This document shows positions 50,418-58,575 of a stretch of 64,000 nucleotides of DNA, in pieces. Source of the DNA: Solirubrobacteraceae bacterium. GTDB taxonomy: Bacteria > Actinomycetota > Thermoleophilia > Solirubrobacterales > Solirubrobacteraceae. Made by a program: the position numbers and the translations under genes. Position 1 is the stretch's first letter, and each line of letters opens with the position of its first letter. The notes beneath the pieces were generated by a model. That model was not told the DNA's origin, ran no database searches, and worked only from the letters and a program-made list of their open reading frames with translations. The stretch spans positions 10,644 to 74,643 of the forward strand of contig DATMLP010000009.1 in the NCBI GenBank assembly GCA_035570415.1, written 5' to 3'.

Positions 50418-51155
50418 ATGTCGGTGGAATCCGTCCTCGCGCGCGTGGTCGCGATCGAACAGGCCATCGCCAACCCCGCCGCGCTGATCGGGGCAAACGC
50501 GACGGGCACCGGTGGGACCGCGGCGCCTGTGGCCTCCGAACCGACGCAGGCCGCCGGCGGCGCCTCCTTCGCACAGGCGTTGCAGAGCGCAAGCGCAAGC
50601 CAAGCGAGCACGCCGAGCGCGAGCGCGAGCCAGGCGAGCACGGCGACGCCGATCGCTTCCACCGGTGCGATGGCGTCCACCGGCGAAGTCACGCCGAGCA
50701 TCGCTCCCACCGGCTCGCCGGGCCAGCAGATCGTGAAAATCGCCGAAAGTCAGCTCGGCCAGGCCGAGGAACCGCTTGGCTCCAACGAATCGCCGGCGAT
50801 CGCGATGTACCGCACGGCGACCGCCGGCGCGATCCCGGGGGCGCCGTGGTGCGCATACTTCGCCTCGTGGGCGGCACGCCAGGCGGGCGAGCCGCTGGGC
50901 GCCCACGGGGAAGGGCTGGGCGCCGTGTCGCAGATCTGGGAATGGGCGCAGAGCACCGGCCGCGCGATCCCCAACGGGCCGGGCGTCACGCCGCAGCCGG
51001 GCGATTTGATCGTGTTCGGCGACCAACACGTGGGGATTGTCAGGGACGTGCTCCCCAACGGCGACATCCAGACGATCGAGGGCAACTACGAAAACAAGGT
51101 GTCAGCCAACGTGCGTACGCCGACGGAAGCCACGGGTTATGTGAACATGAACTGA
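50418..51155 (+). CDS. CHAP-domain peptidoglycan hydrolase
   Basis: 245 aa. GAPWCAYFASWAARQAG...GDLIVFGDQHVGIVRDV...IQTIEGNYENKVSAN is a Cys-His CHAP signature and resembles the CHAP module of 17135..20218. The N-terminal half is low complexity. Confidence 0.8.
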   Translation: MSVESVLARVVAIEQAIANPAALIGANATGTGGTAAPVASEPTQAAGGASFAQALQSASASQASTPSASASQASTATPIASTGAMASTGEVTPSIAPTGSPGQQIVKIAESQLGQAEEPLGSNESPAIAMYRTATAGAIPGAPWCAYFASWAARQAGEPLGAHGEGLGAVSQIWEWAQSTGRAIPNGPGVTPQPGDLIVFGDQHVGIVRDVLPNGDIQTIEGNYENKVSANVRTPTEATGYVNMN

Positions 51156-51193
51156 CGCCGCCGCCGCTGCCCGCTCTGATAACACCTAAGGCG

Positions 51194-52291
51194 ATGGGCG
51201 AGACCGTCTCGCAACCCCGTCCCCGCCGACGCCCACGCTGGCGCCCGCGCCGCCGTGTCGTGCTGCCGGTGGTGCTGGCGCTGCTCGTCGGGATCGTCGC
51301 GTTGGCGCTGTCGCAGCTGGGACTGCACCGGGTGGGCAATGCGCTGACCTCCGCGCAACCGGGCTGGATCGCGCTGGCGCTGGTGCTGATGGCGCTGTCG
51401 CTGCTGTTGCGCGCCGGCTCCTGGCACGAGGTGTTGCGGGCAGCGCTGCCCGACACTCAGGTCGCGTGGCCGCCGGTGATCCGGGCGACGATGATCGGCG
51501 TGATGGGCTCGGCGGTGTTCCCCGGCCGGATTGGCGAGCCGGCGAAGATGCTGGTGCTCATCCGCCGCCTGCCCGGCTCCTCGCGCCGCCAGCTGCCGGT
51601 GGTGGCGGGCACGGTGTTTTCGCAGACGCTCATCAATCTGCTGGCGTTGGCGATCCTCGCCACCGTCACGTTCACCAGCCTCGGCATCCTGCGCCAGCAC
51701 GTCTCGGGCCTCGCGATCGCGCTGGCCGTGCCGCTGGCGATCTGTGTGCTGGTGCTGCTGGGCCCGCGGCTGCTGGCGGTGGCGCAGCGCTCGCGCTCGC
51801 TGCGCATCGCGCTGGCGGCTGCCACGCTGGCTCGCCTGCTGCGCCTCGGCCGCCAGGGTTTGGCGGTGTTCGCCAACCATCGGCACGGGCCGCCGGCGGT
51901 GTTGCTGCAGCTGCTGGCATGGACGCTGCAGTGGCTGGCCTGCTACGCGGTGCTGCTGGCGCTCGGGTTGCAGTCCGACGACGGTCTCACCGCCGCGGCG
52001 GCGGTGCTGCTGGCGGTGAACGTCTCGGCGGTGCTGCCCGCCACCCCCTCCAACGTCGGCGTCTTTCAGGCCGCCTGCCTGGTGGTGCTGGCCGCCTACG
52101 GCGTCAATGCCGGCCCGGCGCTCGCCTACGGCATCATCCTCCAGGCCGTCGAGGTGCTCACCGCCCTCGGCCTCGGCATCCCCGCTCTACTCGGCGAGGG
52201 CATGACCTGGCGCGACATCCGCGGCGCGGCCACGCTGGAGCGCGAGGAGACGGCCGAATCGATCCCCGCCGAGCGGGCGCCGCTCAGCTGA
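51194..52291 (+). CDS. UPF0104 / lysylphosphatidylglycerol-synthase-TM-like membrane protein (HpnL-like by context)
   Basis: 365 aa from the ATG at 51194 (the track ORF starts far upstream, out of the real gene). Arg-rich N-terminus, then ~8 TM helices. WHEVLRAAL...IRATMIGVMGSAVFPGRIGEPAKM resembles the flippase-like UPF0104 family. It converges on hpnH. Confidence 0.55.
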   Translation: MGETVSQPRPRRRPRWRPRRRVVLPVVLALLVGIVALALSQLGLHRVGNALTSAQPGWIALALVLMALSLLLRAGSWHEVLRAALPDTQVAWPPVIRATMIGVMGSAVFPGRIGEPAKMLVLIRRLPGSSRRQLPVVAGTVFSQTLINLLALAILATVTFTSLGILRQHVSGLAIALAVPLAICVLVLLGPRLLAVAQRSRSLRIALAAATLARLLRLGRQGLAVFANHRHGPPAVLLQLLAWTLQWLACYAVLLALGLQSDDGLTAAAAVLLAVNVSAVLPATPSNVGVFQAACLVVLAAYGVNAGPALAYGIILQAVEVLTALGLGIPALLGEGMTWRDIRGAATLEREETAESIPAERAPLS

Positions 52292-53285
52292 CCAGCGCCC
52301 GCAGCGACTGGCGCAGCGAGCCGGTGGTCTTCAGGACGGCGGTGGGCTCGTAGCCACAGTGGGCCATACAGTTTTCGCAGCGCGGGTCGCGGCCGCGGCC
52401 GTACTTGCTCCAGTCGGTCGTCTCCAGCAGCTCTTTGTAGGTGGCGGCGTAGCCGTCGCTCATCAGGTAGCAGGGGCGTTGCCAGCCGAACAGCGAGTAG
52501 CTGGGGATCCCCCAGGCGGTGCAGTCGAACTCGGCCTTGCCTTCCAGGAAATCGAGGAACAGTGGGCTGTGGTTGAGGCGCCAGCGCCGGCGGCGGCCGT
52601 CGGCAAACGCCTCACGGAACAGCTCACGCGTTTGGCGCACTCCCAGGAAGTGCTCCTGGTCGGGCGCTTTCTCGTAGGCGTACGCCGGCGAGATCATCAT
52701 CTCGTCGACGTGCAGCTCGTCGTTGAGGAAGTCCAGCACCTCGCGCACCGTCTTCGGCGAGTCGTGCGTGAAGAAGGTGGTGTTGGTGGTCACGCGAAAG
52801 CCGCGCGCCTGCGCCGCCTTGATCGCCGCCACCGCCCTGTCGAACGTGCCCTCCCGTTCTACCGACGCGTCGTGACGCTCGCGCAACCCGTCCATGTGGA
52901 CCGCCCAGGCGAAGTAAGGGGAGGGTTTGAAGTTCTCCAGCTTGCGCTCCAGCAGGATCGCGTTGGTGCACAGGTAGACAAACCGCTTGCGTTTCACCAG
53001 CTCGTCGGCGATCGTGTGGATCTCGGGGTGGATCAGCGGCTCGCCGCCCGCGATCGACACCATCGGCGCGCCGCTCTCCTCGATTGCCCCCACCGCCTGC
53101 TCCACCGACATCCGCCGGCGCAGCACATGGTCGGGATGCTGGATCTTGCCGCACCCGGCGCACTCCAAATTGCACTGGAACAGCGGCTCCAGCTCCACGA
53201 TCAGCGGGAACTTCTCGCGTTTGGCGAGGCGCTGGCGCAGCAGGTAGACCCCCATGCGCGTGCTCTGTCTCATCCGCGCCGCCAT
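52284..53285 (-). CDS. hpnH: Adenosyl-hopene transferase (radical SAM)
   Basis: YLLRQRLAKREKFPLIVELEPLFQCNLECAGCGKIQHP carries the CxxxCxxC radical-SAM motif in an HpnH-type N-terminus. 333 aa. Located in a hopanoid cluster. Confidence 0.85.
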   Translation of the reverse strand: MAARMRQSTRMGVYLLRQRLAKREKFPLIVELEPLFQCNLECAGCGKIQHPDHVLRRRMSVEQAVGAIEESGAPMVSIAGGEPLIHPEIHTIADELVKRKRFVYLCTNAILLERKLENFKPSPYFAWAVHMDGLRERHDASVEREGTFDRAVAAIKAAQARGFRVTTNTTFFTHDSPKTVREVLDFLNDELHVDEMMISPAYAYEKAPDQEHFLGVRQTRELFREAFADGRRRRWRLNHSPLFLDFLEGKAEFDCTAWGIPSYSLFGWQRPCYLMSDGYAATYKELLETTDWSKYGRGRDPRCENCMAHCGYEPTAVLKTTGSLRQSLRALVS

Positions 53286-53291
53286 CCGTCA

Positions 53292-53900
53292 CTACCTTAG
53301 CCCCTCAAGCCGCCACTCGTGCAGCGCCCCTGCCGTGCGGCGCAGGCCATCCATCGCGCGGGCGATGCCGGCGAGCGTCAACAGCGGGTTGGTGAGCTCG
53401 CGGGCGGGGGTGTCGGAGATCACGCGCACCACCGCAAACGGGCGCTCGCCGGCGCCCGCCGCCAGCCACGCCGACTCCATGTCCACAGCAATCGCCCCGG
53501 TTTCGCGCAGGCGCGTGCGCGTGTCGCCAGTCGCCAGGCGCTCCACGGAGGCGACCGTGCCGCGGCGCACGCGCAGGCCGCGGCACGCGAGCGCGTCCGC
53601 CAGCTGCTCTGCCCCGGCGCATGCGATCGCTGCTCCCTCGGGGTGCAGCACGGCGTCGGCCACCACCACATCGCCCACGTCGCCGTGCTCGTCCAGCCCG
53701 CCGCCAAAGCCCATCACCACCAGCGCGCTCCCCGGCCGCACGCGTAGCGCCGGCGCGATCGCCTGCGCGCGGCGCGGTCCCATCCCCGTGCGGTGCACGC
53801 GCGGGGCGGGGATGCCGTCGCCAGCCCCCCGCGAGCGGATCCCCGCGGTGATCGCCCACGCCTCCAAACGCAGCGGGGCGGCGATCAGCAGGTCGGTCAT
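53292..53900 (-). CDS. hpnG: Hopanoid-associated nucleosidase/phosphorylase
   Basis: 202 aa PNP_UDP-type fold (MTDLLIAAPLRLEAWAI..., GAIAVDMESAW). Immediately upstream of hpnH. Confidence 0.7.
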   Translation of the reverse strand: MTDLLIAAPLRLEAWAITAGIRSRGAGDGIPAPRVHRTGMGPRRAQAIAPALRVRPGSALVVMGFGGGLDEHGDVGDVVVADAVLHPEGAAIACAGAEQLADALACRGLRVRRGTVASVERLATGDTRTRLRETGAIAVDMESAWLAAGAGERPFAVVRVISDTPARELTNPLLTLAGIARAMDGLRRTAGALHEWRLEGLR

Positions 53901-53931
53901 CTTGCCGGCTATACCAAATCCACGCCGCCCA

Positions 53932-54642
53932 TTAGGCTTCCTCGACCCGCTCCGGCAGCGCGGCTATCTCGCGCAGACGCGGGAGCACCACCGCCTCCAG
54001 ACGGGCCTGGCTGGCAGGATCGGGGCGCAGCATGCTCGCAACCAGAATCACAAAATCCGGCAGCCTCTGAAGATCGGCGAGCTGACGTGCCAGATATGCA
54101 CCCACGTCCGCCGGAGCAGAGTGAGCTTCCGCGGGGAGCTCCTCGCGGTTGTCAAGCAGGGTGACGATGTCTTCGAGGTCGCGGCTGGCAATCGGATCGT
54201 CACGCCCGCGATCGCCGAACGCCTCGAGCTTGGTGGCGAGCAGGTAGGGCGGGCTCGCGGCTCTGATGACGGCGCCGGAGGGCAGCACACAGCGGAGGGC
54301 GTGGTCCGCCGCGTCCGCCTGCCAACGGCTTTGCAGGCCGAGGATCTCGGGGTTGACCGGCATTGCGTCGAGCAGCAGACCGCTGTCGAGATGGCGCCAA
54401 CGGCAGATCACCGGGCTCGCAGCGTCCTCCGAGAATCCCCGGGCGCGCATCCTCTCCGAGAAGTGGATGTAGCCCAGCCGGCTGGCAACCTCGACCACGA
54501 CATCGACATCCTTGGTGGGGCGCGGGTGGGGGGCGCCCGGGTCGGTGATCCATAGCCCGATACAGGCCCCACCAAGGAAGACCACCTCCTGGCAGACGTC
54601 GCCCAGCGCGACCGCAGCCCGCTCGAGCAACTCGACGTTCAC
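53932..54642 (-). CDS. Nucleotidyltransferase, AbiEii/AbiGii toxin-like
   Basis: VVFLGGACIGLWITDPGAPHPRPTKDVDVVVEV fits the GG...R.T.D.D NTase motif. C-terminal LLATKLEAFGDRGRDDPIASRDLEDIVTLL. I use the GTG at 54642, which overlaps the upstream stop (GTGA). The track start at 54846 runs over the upstream gene. Confidence 0.65.
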   Translation of the reverse strand: MNVELLERAAVALGDVCQEVVFLGGACIGLWITDPGAPHPRPTKDVDVVVEVASRLGYIHFSERMRARGFSEDAASPVICRWRHLDSGLLLDAMPVNPEILGLQSRWQADAADHALRCVLPSGAVIRAASPPYLLATKLEAFGDRGRDDPIASRDLEDIVTLLDNREELPAEAHSAPADVGAYLARQLADLQRLPDFVILVASMLRPDPASQARLEAVVLPRLREIAALPERVEEA

Positions 54643-55229
54643 GCCGCTCGTGCCGCCGGCGAGGTGTGGACGCGAGCTCGCAACAGCTCCACGGCCAATC
54701 CTCGTGTGCGTGTGTCGCCGATCCGCAGTGCGTCGATCAGGGTGAGCAACTCGTACATCTGCCGGTCGGCGCGAGCAAGCGAGATGACGGCCGGGTGGAG
54801 CGGCTTGACCTCGAGACCGCGAAGATCGCCGTGCGGATCGGGCCACACCGGAGGCAACTCATCGCTCTGGGCAAGATGCTCGGAGAGCGGCGGCGCGGCC
54901 CATGCCGTCCTCAAGCCACGTGTTTCGCCACCCACAGCAACCGGCGCTACGTAGCGCAGAGCGTGATCGAACAACTCGTCGCACGACATCAAGCTGACAC
55001 GACGTCGGCGCGCGTCGTACACGGGAGTGGCCGCCAGCCGATCCAGCGACCGCTGCACGCTGGCGGAGGGCAGCGCCAGCCCCTGAGCCAAAGAGCGCAC
55101 CGTCCAGCCACCTGTTGAATGACGCAACAGTCCGAGCAGCACCACGATGTCCACTTCCCGCAGCACCCGCCCACTGTACCATGTCTCGATACATAGGACT
55201 ACGCTGTTCGCCGGCCGTCCGCCAGCCAC
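54639..55229 (-). CDS. wHTH protein, putative cognate antitoxin/regulator of the nucleotidyltransferase
   Basis: VVLLGLLRHSTGGWTVRSLAQGLALPSASVQRSLDRLAATPVY is MarR/wHTH-like. Translationally coupled to the NTase. Start uncertain: the GTG at 55229 overlaps the hpnE end, and a GTG at 55166 is an alternative. Confidence 0.5.
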   Translation of the reverse strand: MAGGRPANSVVLCIETWYSGRVLREVDIVVLLGLLRHSTGGWTVRSLAQGLALPSASVQRSLDRLAATPVYDARRRRVSLMSCDELFDHALRYVAPVAVGGETRGLRTAWAAPPLSEHLAQSDELPPVWPDPHGDLRGLEVKPLHPAVISLARADRQMYELLTLIDALRIGDTRTRGLAVELLRARVHTSPAARAA

Positions 55230-56650
55230 TCACCGCACCGCCCCAGTGCCTCACGCGCCGCCGCGTGTCCGCTCAGCACCGCGCTCTCCAGCGTCGCCGG
55301 CCAGCCGGTGTCGGTCCAGGCACCGGCGAGGAGGAGGCCGGGGATCGCAGTGCGCGGCCCCGGGCGCAGGGCGCCGACGCCCGGCTCGGCGCGCAGCGTG
55401 GCGGCGTGCTCGCGCGTGGCGAAGAAGCGCTCCACGCGGGCCTCGCGGGTGCGGGGGAAGAGGTTGGCGAGCGCGGGCAGGTAGCGCTCGCGTAGCGCGT
55501 CGACATTCATGCCCATCTCCTCGTCGGCGCCCGACTGCGAGAGCGCCAGGTACTGCCGCCCCTCCCCCACACCCGCCGAGTCGCTGCGATCGAACACGTA
55601 TTGAACCGGCGATTCCAGGCCGCCGACGAACCGTTGCTCACACACCTTGCGGTCATACACCACGTGGATGTTGACGATCGGCGTGTCGCGCAGAGACTTC
55701 GCGCGGGCGGCGGTATCCGGGTCGAGGGGCTCGATCAGGTCAGCGGCACGCGCTCGCGGTAGGGCGACGATCACCGCGTCGGCGTCCACGCGCTCGCCCC
55801 CACCGCGCCGGGCGCCCGCTCGCCGATCGGCGGCATGGGGATGGGCGGCGCATCCCCCCTCCTCCTCCCCCTCTCCACCTCGCCGCCACACCCCGAATCC
55901 ACCCTCGCCCGCAGCCACCAGCTCCACGCCCCACCCCAGCCGCACCTCCACCCCCGCATCGCGCAGCGCGCGCAGCGCCGGCTCGCCGACGATCTCGCTC
56001 TGCGGACAGCGGTGAAAGCCGATGTCGCCGGCGTCGGCGCGCTCCAACAGGCCGCGCTTGAAGACGAATGCGGCGAGCGCCAGCGAAGCCTGGTCGGCGG
56101 GCAGGTTGAGCGACGGGAGCGCGATCAAATCCCACAGCGCCGAGATCACATGCGGGCTCTGGCCGTGGGCGGCCAACCAGGAGCCGAGCGTCTGCCGGTC
56201 GAGGGCGGGGTCGCGGGGGTCGAGGCGACCGAGCGCGAGCGCCACCCGCGCCGCGGCCAATCGCTGGCGGACGGTGAGCACGCGGTAGCGCAGCAGCGTG
56301 CCTGCCAGGTGCAGCGGCGCCGGCAAGCCGGAGCGGCGCAGCGCCGTCAGCTCGCCGCCCGGGCGCGCCAGGGGGATCTCCAAGCGCGGCTGCAGCCATA
56401 CCTTGGAGTCGCTGCCCAGCCGCGCCAGCAGCGCGCGATAGGCGGTGAAGCAGCGCAGGAACACGTGCTGGCCGTTGTCGATCCGCAGGCCGTCGCGCTC
56501 GAACGAGTACACCGCGCCGCCGAGGCGAGGGCGCACCTCCAGCAGCGTCACGCGGGCGCCGCCGGCGGCGCAATCGAGCGCGGCGGCGATCCCCGCCAGG
56601 CCCCCGCCGATCACCGCCACGCGGCGGCCGGTGGCGGCGGGCCGGGTCAT
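55199..56650 (-). CDS. hpnE: Hydroxysqualene dehydroxylase (FAD-dependent)
   Basis: RVAVIGGGLAGIAAALDCAAGGARVTLLEVRPRLGGAVYSF...IDNGQHVFLRCFTAY is the HpnE-type dinucleotide-binding N-terminus. The ATG at 56650 overlaps the hpnD stop (ATGA). It contains a Gly/Glu-rich insertion (WRRGGEGEEEGG). Confidence 0.8.
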   Translation of the reverse strand: MTRPAATGRRVAVIGGGLAGIAAALDCAAGGARVTLLEVRPRLGGAVYSFERDGLRIDNGQHVFLRCFTAYRALLARLGSDSKVWLQPRLEIPLARPGGELTALRRSGLPAPLHLAGTLLRYRVLTVRQRLAAARVALALGRLDPRDPALDRQTLGSWLAAHGQSPHVISALWDLIALPSLNLPADQASLALAAFVFKRGLLERADAGDIGFHRCPQSEIVGEPALRALRDAGVEVRLGWGVELVAAGEGGFGVWRRGGEGEEEGGCAAHPHAADRRAGARRGGGERVDADAVIVALPRARAADLIEPLDPDTAARAKSLRDTPIVNIHVVYDRKVCEQRFVGGLESPVQYVFDRSDSAGVGEGRQYLALSQSGADEEMGMNVDALRERYLPALANLFPRTREARVERFFATREHAATLRAEPGVGALRPGPRTAIPGLLLAGAWTDTGWPATLESAVLSGHAAAREALGRCGEWLADGRRTA

Positions 56651-57678
56651 TCGTCGTCGTCGTGCAGACGTTCGGCCGGGTGGCGCTCGGGGATGCCCTT
56701 GCCGAGTAGCGCGCGCGCCGCCACCCACGCCTTCTCGCGTTTGCTCAGGCGCGTGCGCCGCGCCAGCGCGCGGTCGGGGCGCTCCTCGATGCGGTGCAAC
56801 AGACGCCAGTAGATGCCAGCCATCGCCAGCACGCAGGCGGCGCTGCGACGGTCCAAACGCCCCACCAGCTCCATGCCACGGTGGAAGAAGTCGCGCGAGT
56901 GCAGGCAGTAGAAGCGCATCAACGCATACAGCTGGCCGACGTCGCTGCCCTCGAAGCCTTCCACCGTCGCCCGTTCGGCGTAGCTGGCCTCGCGCATCAG
57001 CGCCTGCAGGGCGGCTGCGTCCAGCGGGACATCGTCGTGCAGGTGGTAGCGCACGAGGTCTTTCGCCGGCAGATACGCGCGGCCGTGTTCGGCGTCCTCG
57101 CGCAGGTCGCGCACGATGTTGGCCAGTTGCAGCGCCACGCCGAGGTCGTCAGCCAGCTCGCTGGCCGGCCGGCCGGTTTTGTCGGGCGCCCAGCCGACCG
57201 GCTCGGGGGCCGTCGCGGCGGGCGGCGAGTCGTCGCGCGCGCCGAAGATCGCGAGGCACAGCCGCCCGATCGAGCCGGCCACGCGCCGGCAGTAAACCTC
57301 GAGCTCCTTGAAGTCAGCGTAGGAGGCGCCGCGCACGTCCATCCGCACGCCTTCGATCAGATCGGTCATCGCGTCGGCGGGTAGCGCGAAGCACGCGGTC
57401 GCATCGGCGAGCGCCGCCAGCACCGGGTCGGGATCGTCGGAGCGCAGGTCGCGCAGCGCCTGCTCGGCCTCCTCCAAACGGCGCAGCTTCTCCTCGGTCG
57501 CAAGGGTGCCATCGCCGATGTCGTCGATGCGCCGCGCCCACGCATACACGGCGCACATCGCCCTGCGCTTGGGGGCCGGCAGCAGGCGGATGCCGTAGTA
57601 GAAGTTGCCCGCCGCCGCGCGCGTGATCGACTCACACTGGCGGTAGGCCAGCTCGGTGTGCGAATCGGCGCCGCTCAC
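56647..57678 (-). CDS. hpnD: Presqualene diphosphate synthase (squalene/phytoene synthase family)
   Basis: YRQCESITRAAAGNFYYGIRLLPAPKRRAMCAVYAWARRIDDIGDG carries the Asp-rich motif, and YCRRVAGSIG is present. 343 aa. Confidence 0.85.
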   Translation of the reverse strand: MSGADSHTELAYRQCESITRAAAGNFYYGIRLLPAPKRRAMCAVYAWARRIDDIGDGTLATEEKLRRLEEAEQALRDLRSDDPDPVLAALADATACFALPADAMTDLIEGVRMDVRGASYADFKELEVYCRRVAGSIGRLCLAIFGARDDSPPAATAPEPVGWAPDKTGRPASELADDLGVALQLANIVRDLREDAEHGRAYLPAKDLVRYHLHDDVPLDAAALQALMREASYAERATVEGFEGSDVGQLYALMRFYCLHSRDFFHRGMELVGRLDRRSAACVLAMAGIYWRLLHRIEERPDRALARRTRLSKREKAWVAARALLGKGIPERHPAERLHDDDE

Positions 57679-58547
57679 CGGTGACGCTCCGTCAATGTCT
57701 TGAGGAGCACGAGTGCCCGGCGTGCGCGCGAGGCCCGCGGCGGGCCGGCGAGCACGTCATAGCCGGCGCGTTCGATCGCCTCCAGCGCAGCCTCGCCGCC
57801 AGCGGCGAACCCTGCCACCGCCAGCCGCTCGCGGCCGTGCAGCCTGGCGATCAGCGGCAGTCCCTCGCGCAGCAGCGCGCGTGTGCGGGCGACCTCGAAG
57901 GCGATCAGGCCCTTCATGTGCCAACCGGCGTGGGGCTCGGCGAGATCCTCCTCAGCGCAGCCGAACCGCTCGCGATCCTCCGCCGGCAGGTAGATCCGCC
58001 CGGCGCGCAGGTCCTCGGCGACGTCCTGGAGGTGCTCCACCAGTTGCAGCGCCGTGCAGATCCGGTCGGAGAGAGCGACGCGCTCGGGGGTGGCGTGTCC
58101 GAACACGCCCAGCACCAGCTCGCCCACCGGGTCGGCCGAGAGATGGCAGTAGCCGAGGAGCTGCTCCCAGGTGTCATAACTTCTCACCCGCTGGTCCGCC
58201 CGGTTGGCCTCGATCAGCCGCGTGAACGGCTCCCGGGGCAGCGCACACTCGCGCACCGTCGCCTGCAGTTGCACCAACAGGGGGTGGCGCGCCTGGTTGG
58301 CGTATGCGCGTTGCAATTCGCTCTCCAACCAGTCCAGCGCCACGAGGCGGTCATCAGTCCCCCCCACCCCGGTATCCCCCAGCTCGTCTACGAGCCGCGC
58401 GAAGCCGTATAGCGCCAGCAGGTGCTCGCGGGTGGCGCGCGGCAGCAGGCGGCTGGCGACGGGGAAGTTCTCCCCGCCAGCCCGTGCCATCACCGCCGCC
58501 GGGGTGGGCAGGTCCGGCGCGTGCCCACCCATCGCGGCGACGCTCAC
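57675..58547 (-). CDS. hpnC: Hydroxysqualene synthase (squalene/phytoene synthase family)
   Basis: GENFPVASRLLPRATREHLLALYGFARLVDELGD and YCHLSADPVGELVL. 290 aa. ATGA-type overlap with hpnD. Confidence 0.85.
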   Translation of the reverse strand: MSVAAMGGHAPDLPTPAAVMARAGGENFPVASRLLPRATREHLLALYGFARLVDELGDTGVGGTDDRLVALDWLESELQRAYANQARHPLLVQLQATVRECALPREPFTRLIEANRADQRVRSYDTWEQLLGYCHLSADPVGELVLGVFGHATPERVALSDRICTALQLVEHLQDVAEDLRAGRIYLPAEDRERFGCAEEDLAEPHAGWHMKGLIAFEVARTRALLREGLPLIARLHGRERLAVAGFAAGGEAALEAIERAGYDVLAGPPRASRARRALVLLKTLTERHR

Positions 58548-58575
58548 GTGCCGTGGCTCATCCTGCGATGGGCCA

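Noticed and set aside
50309-51193. 5' part of 660-aa ORF 50309..52291 (+)
   Set aside because: Arg-rich and overlaps the CHAP gene in another frame. The membrane protein sensibly starts at the ATG at 51194.
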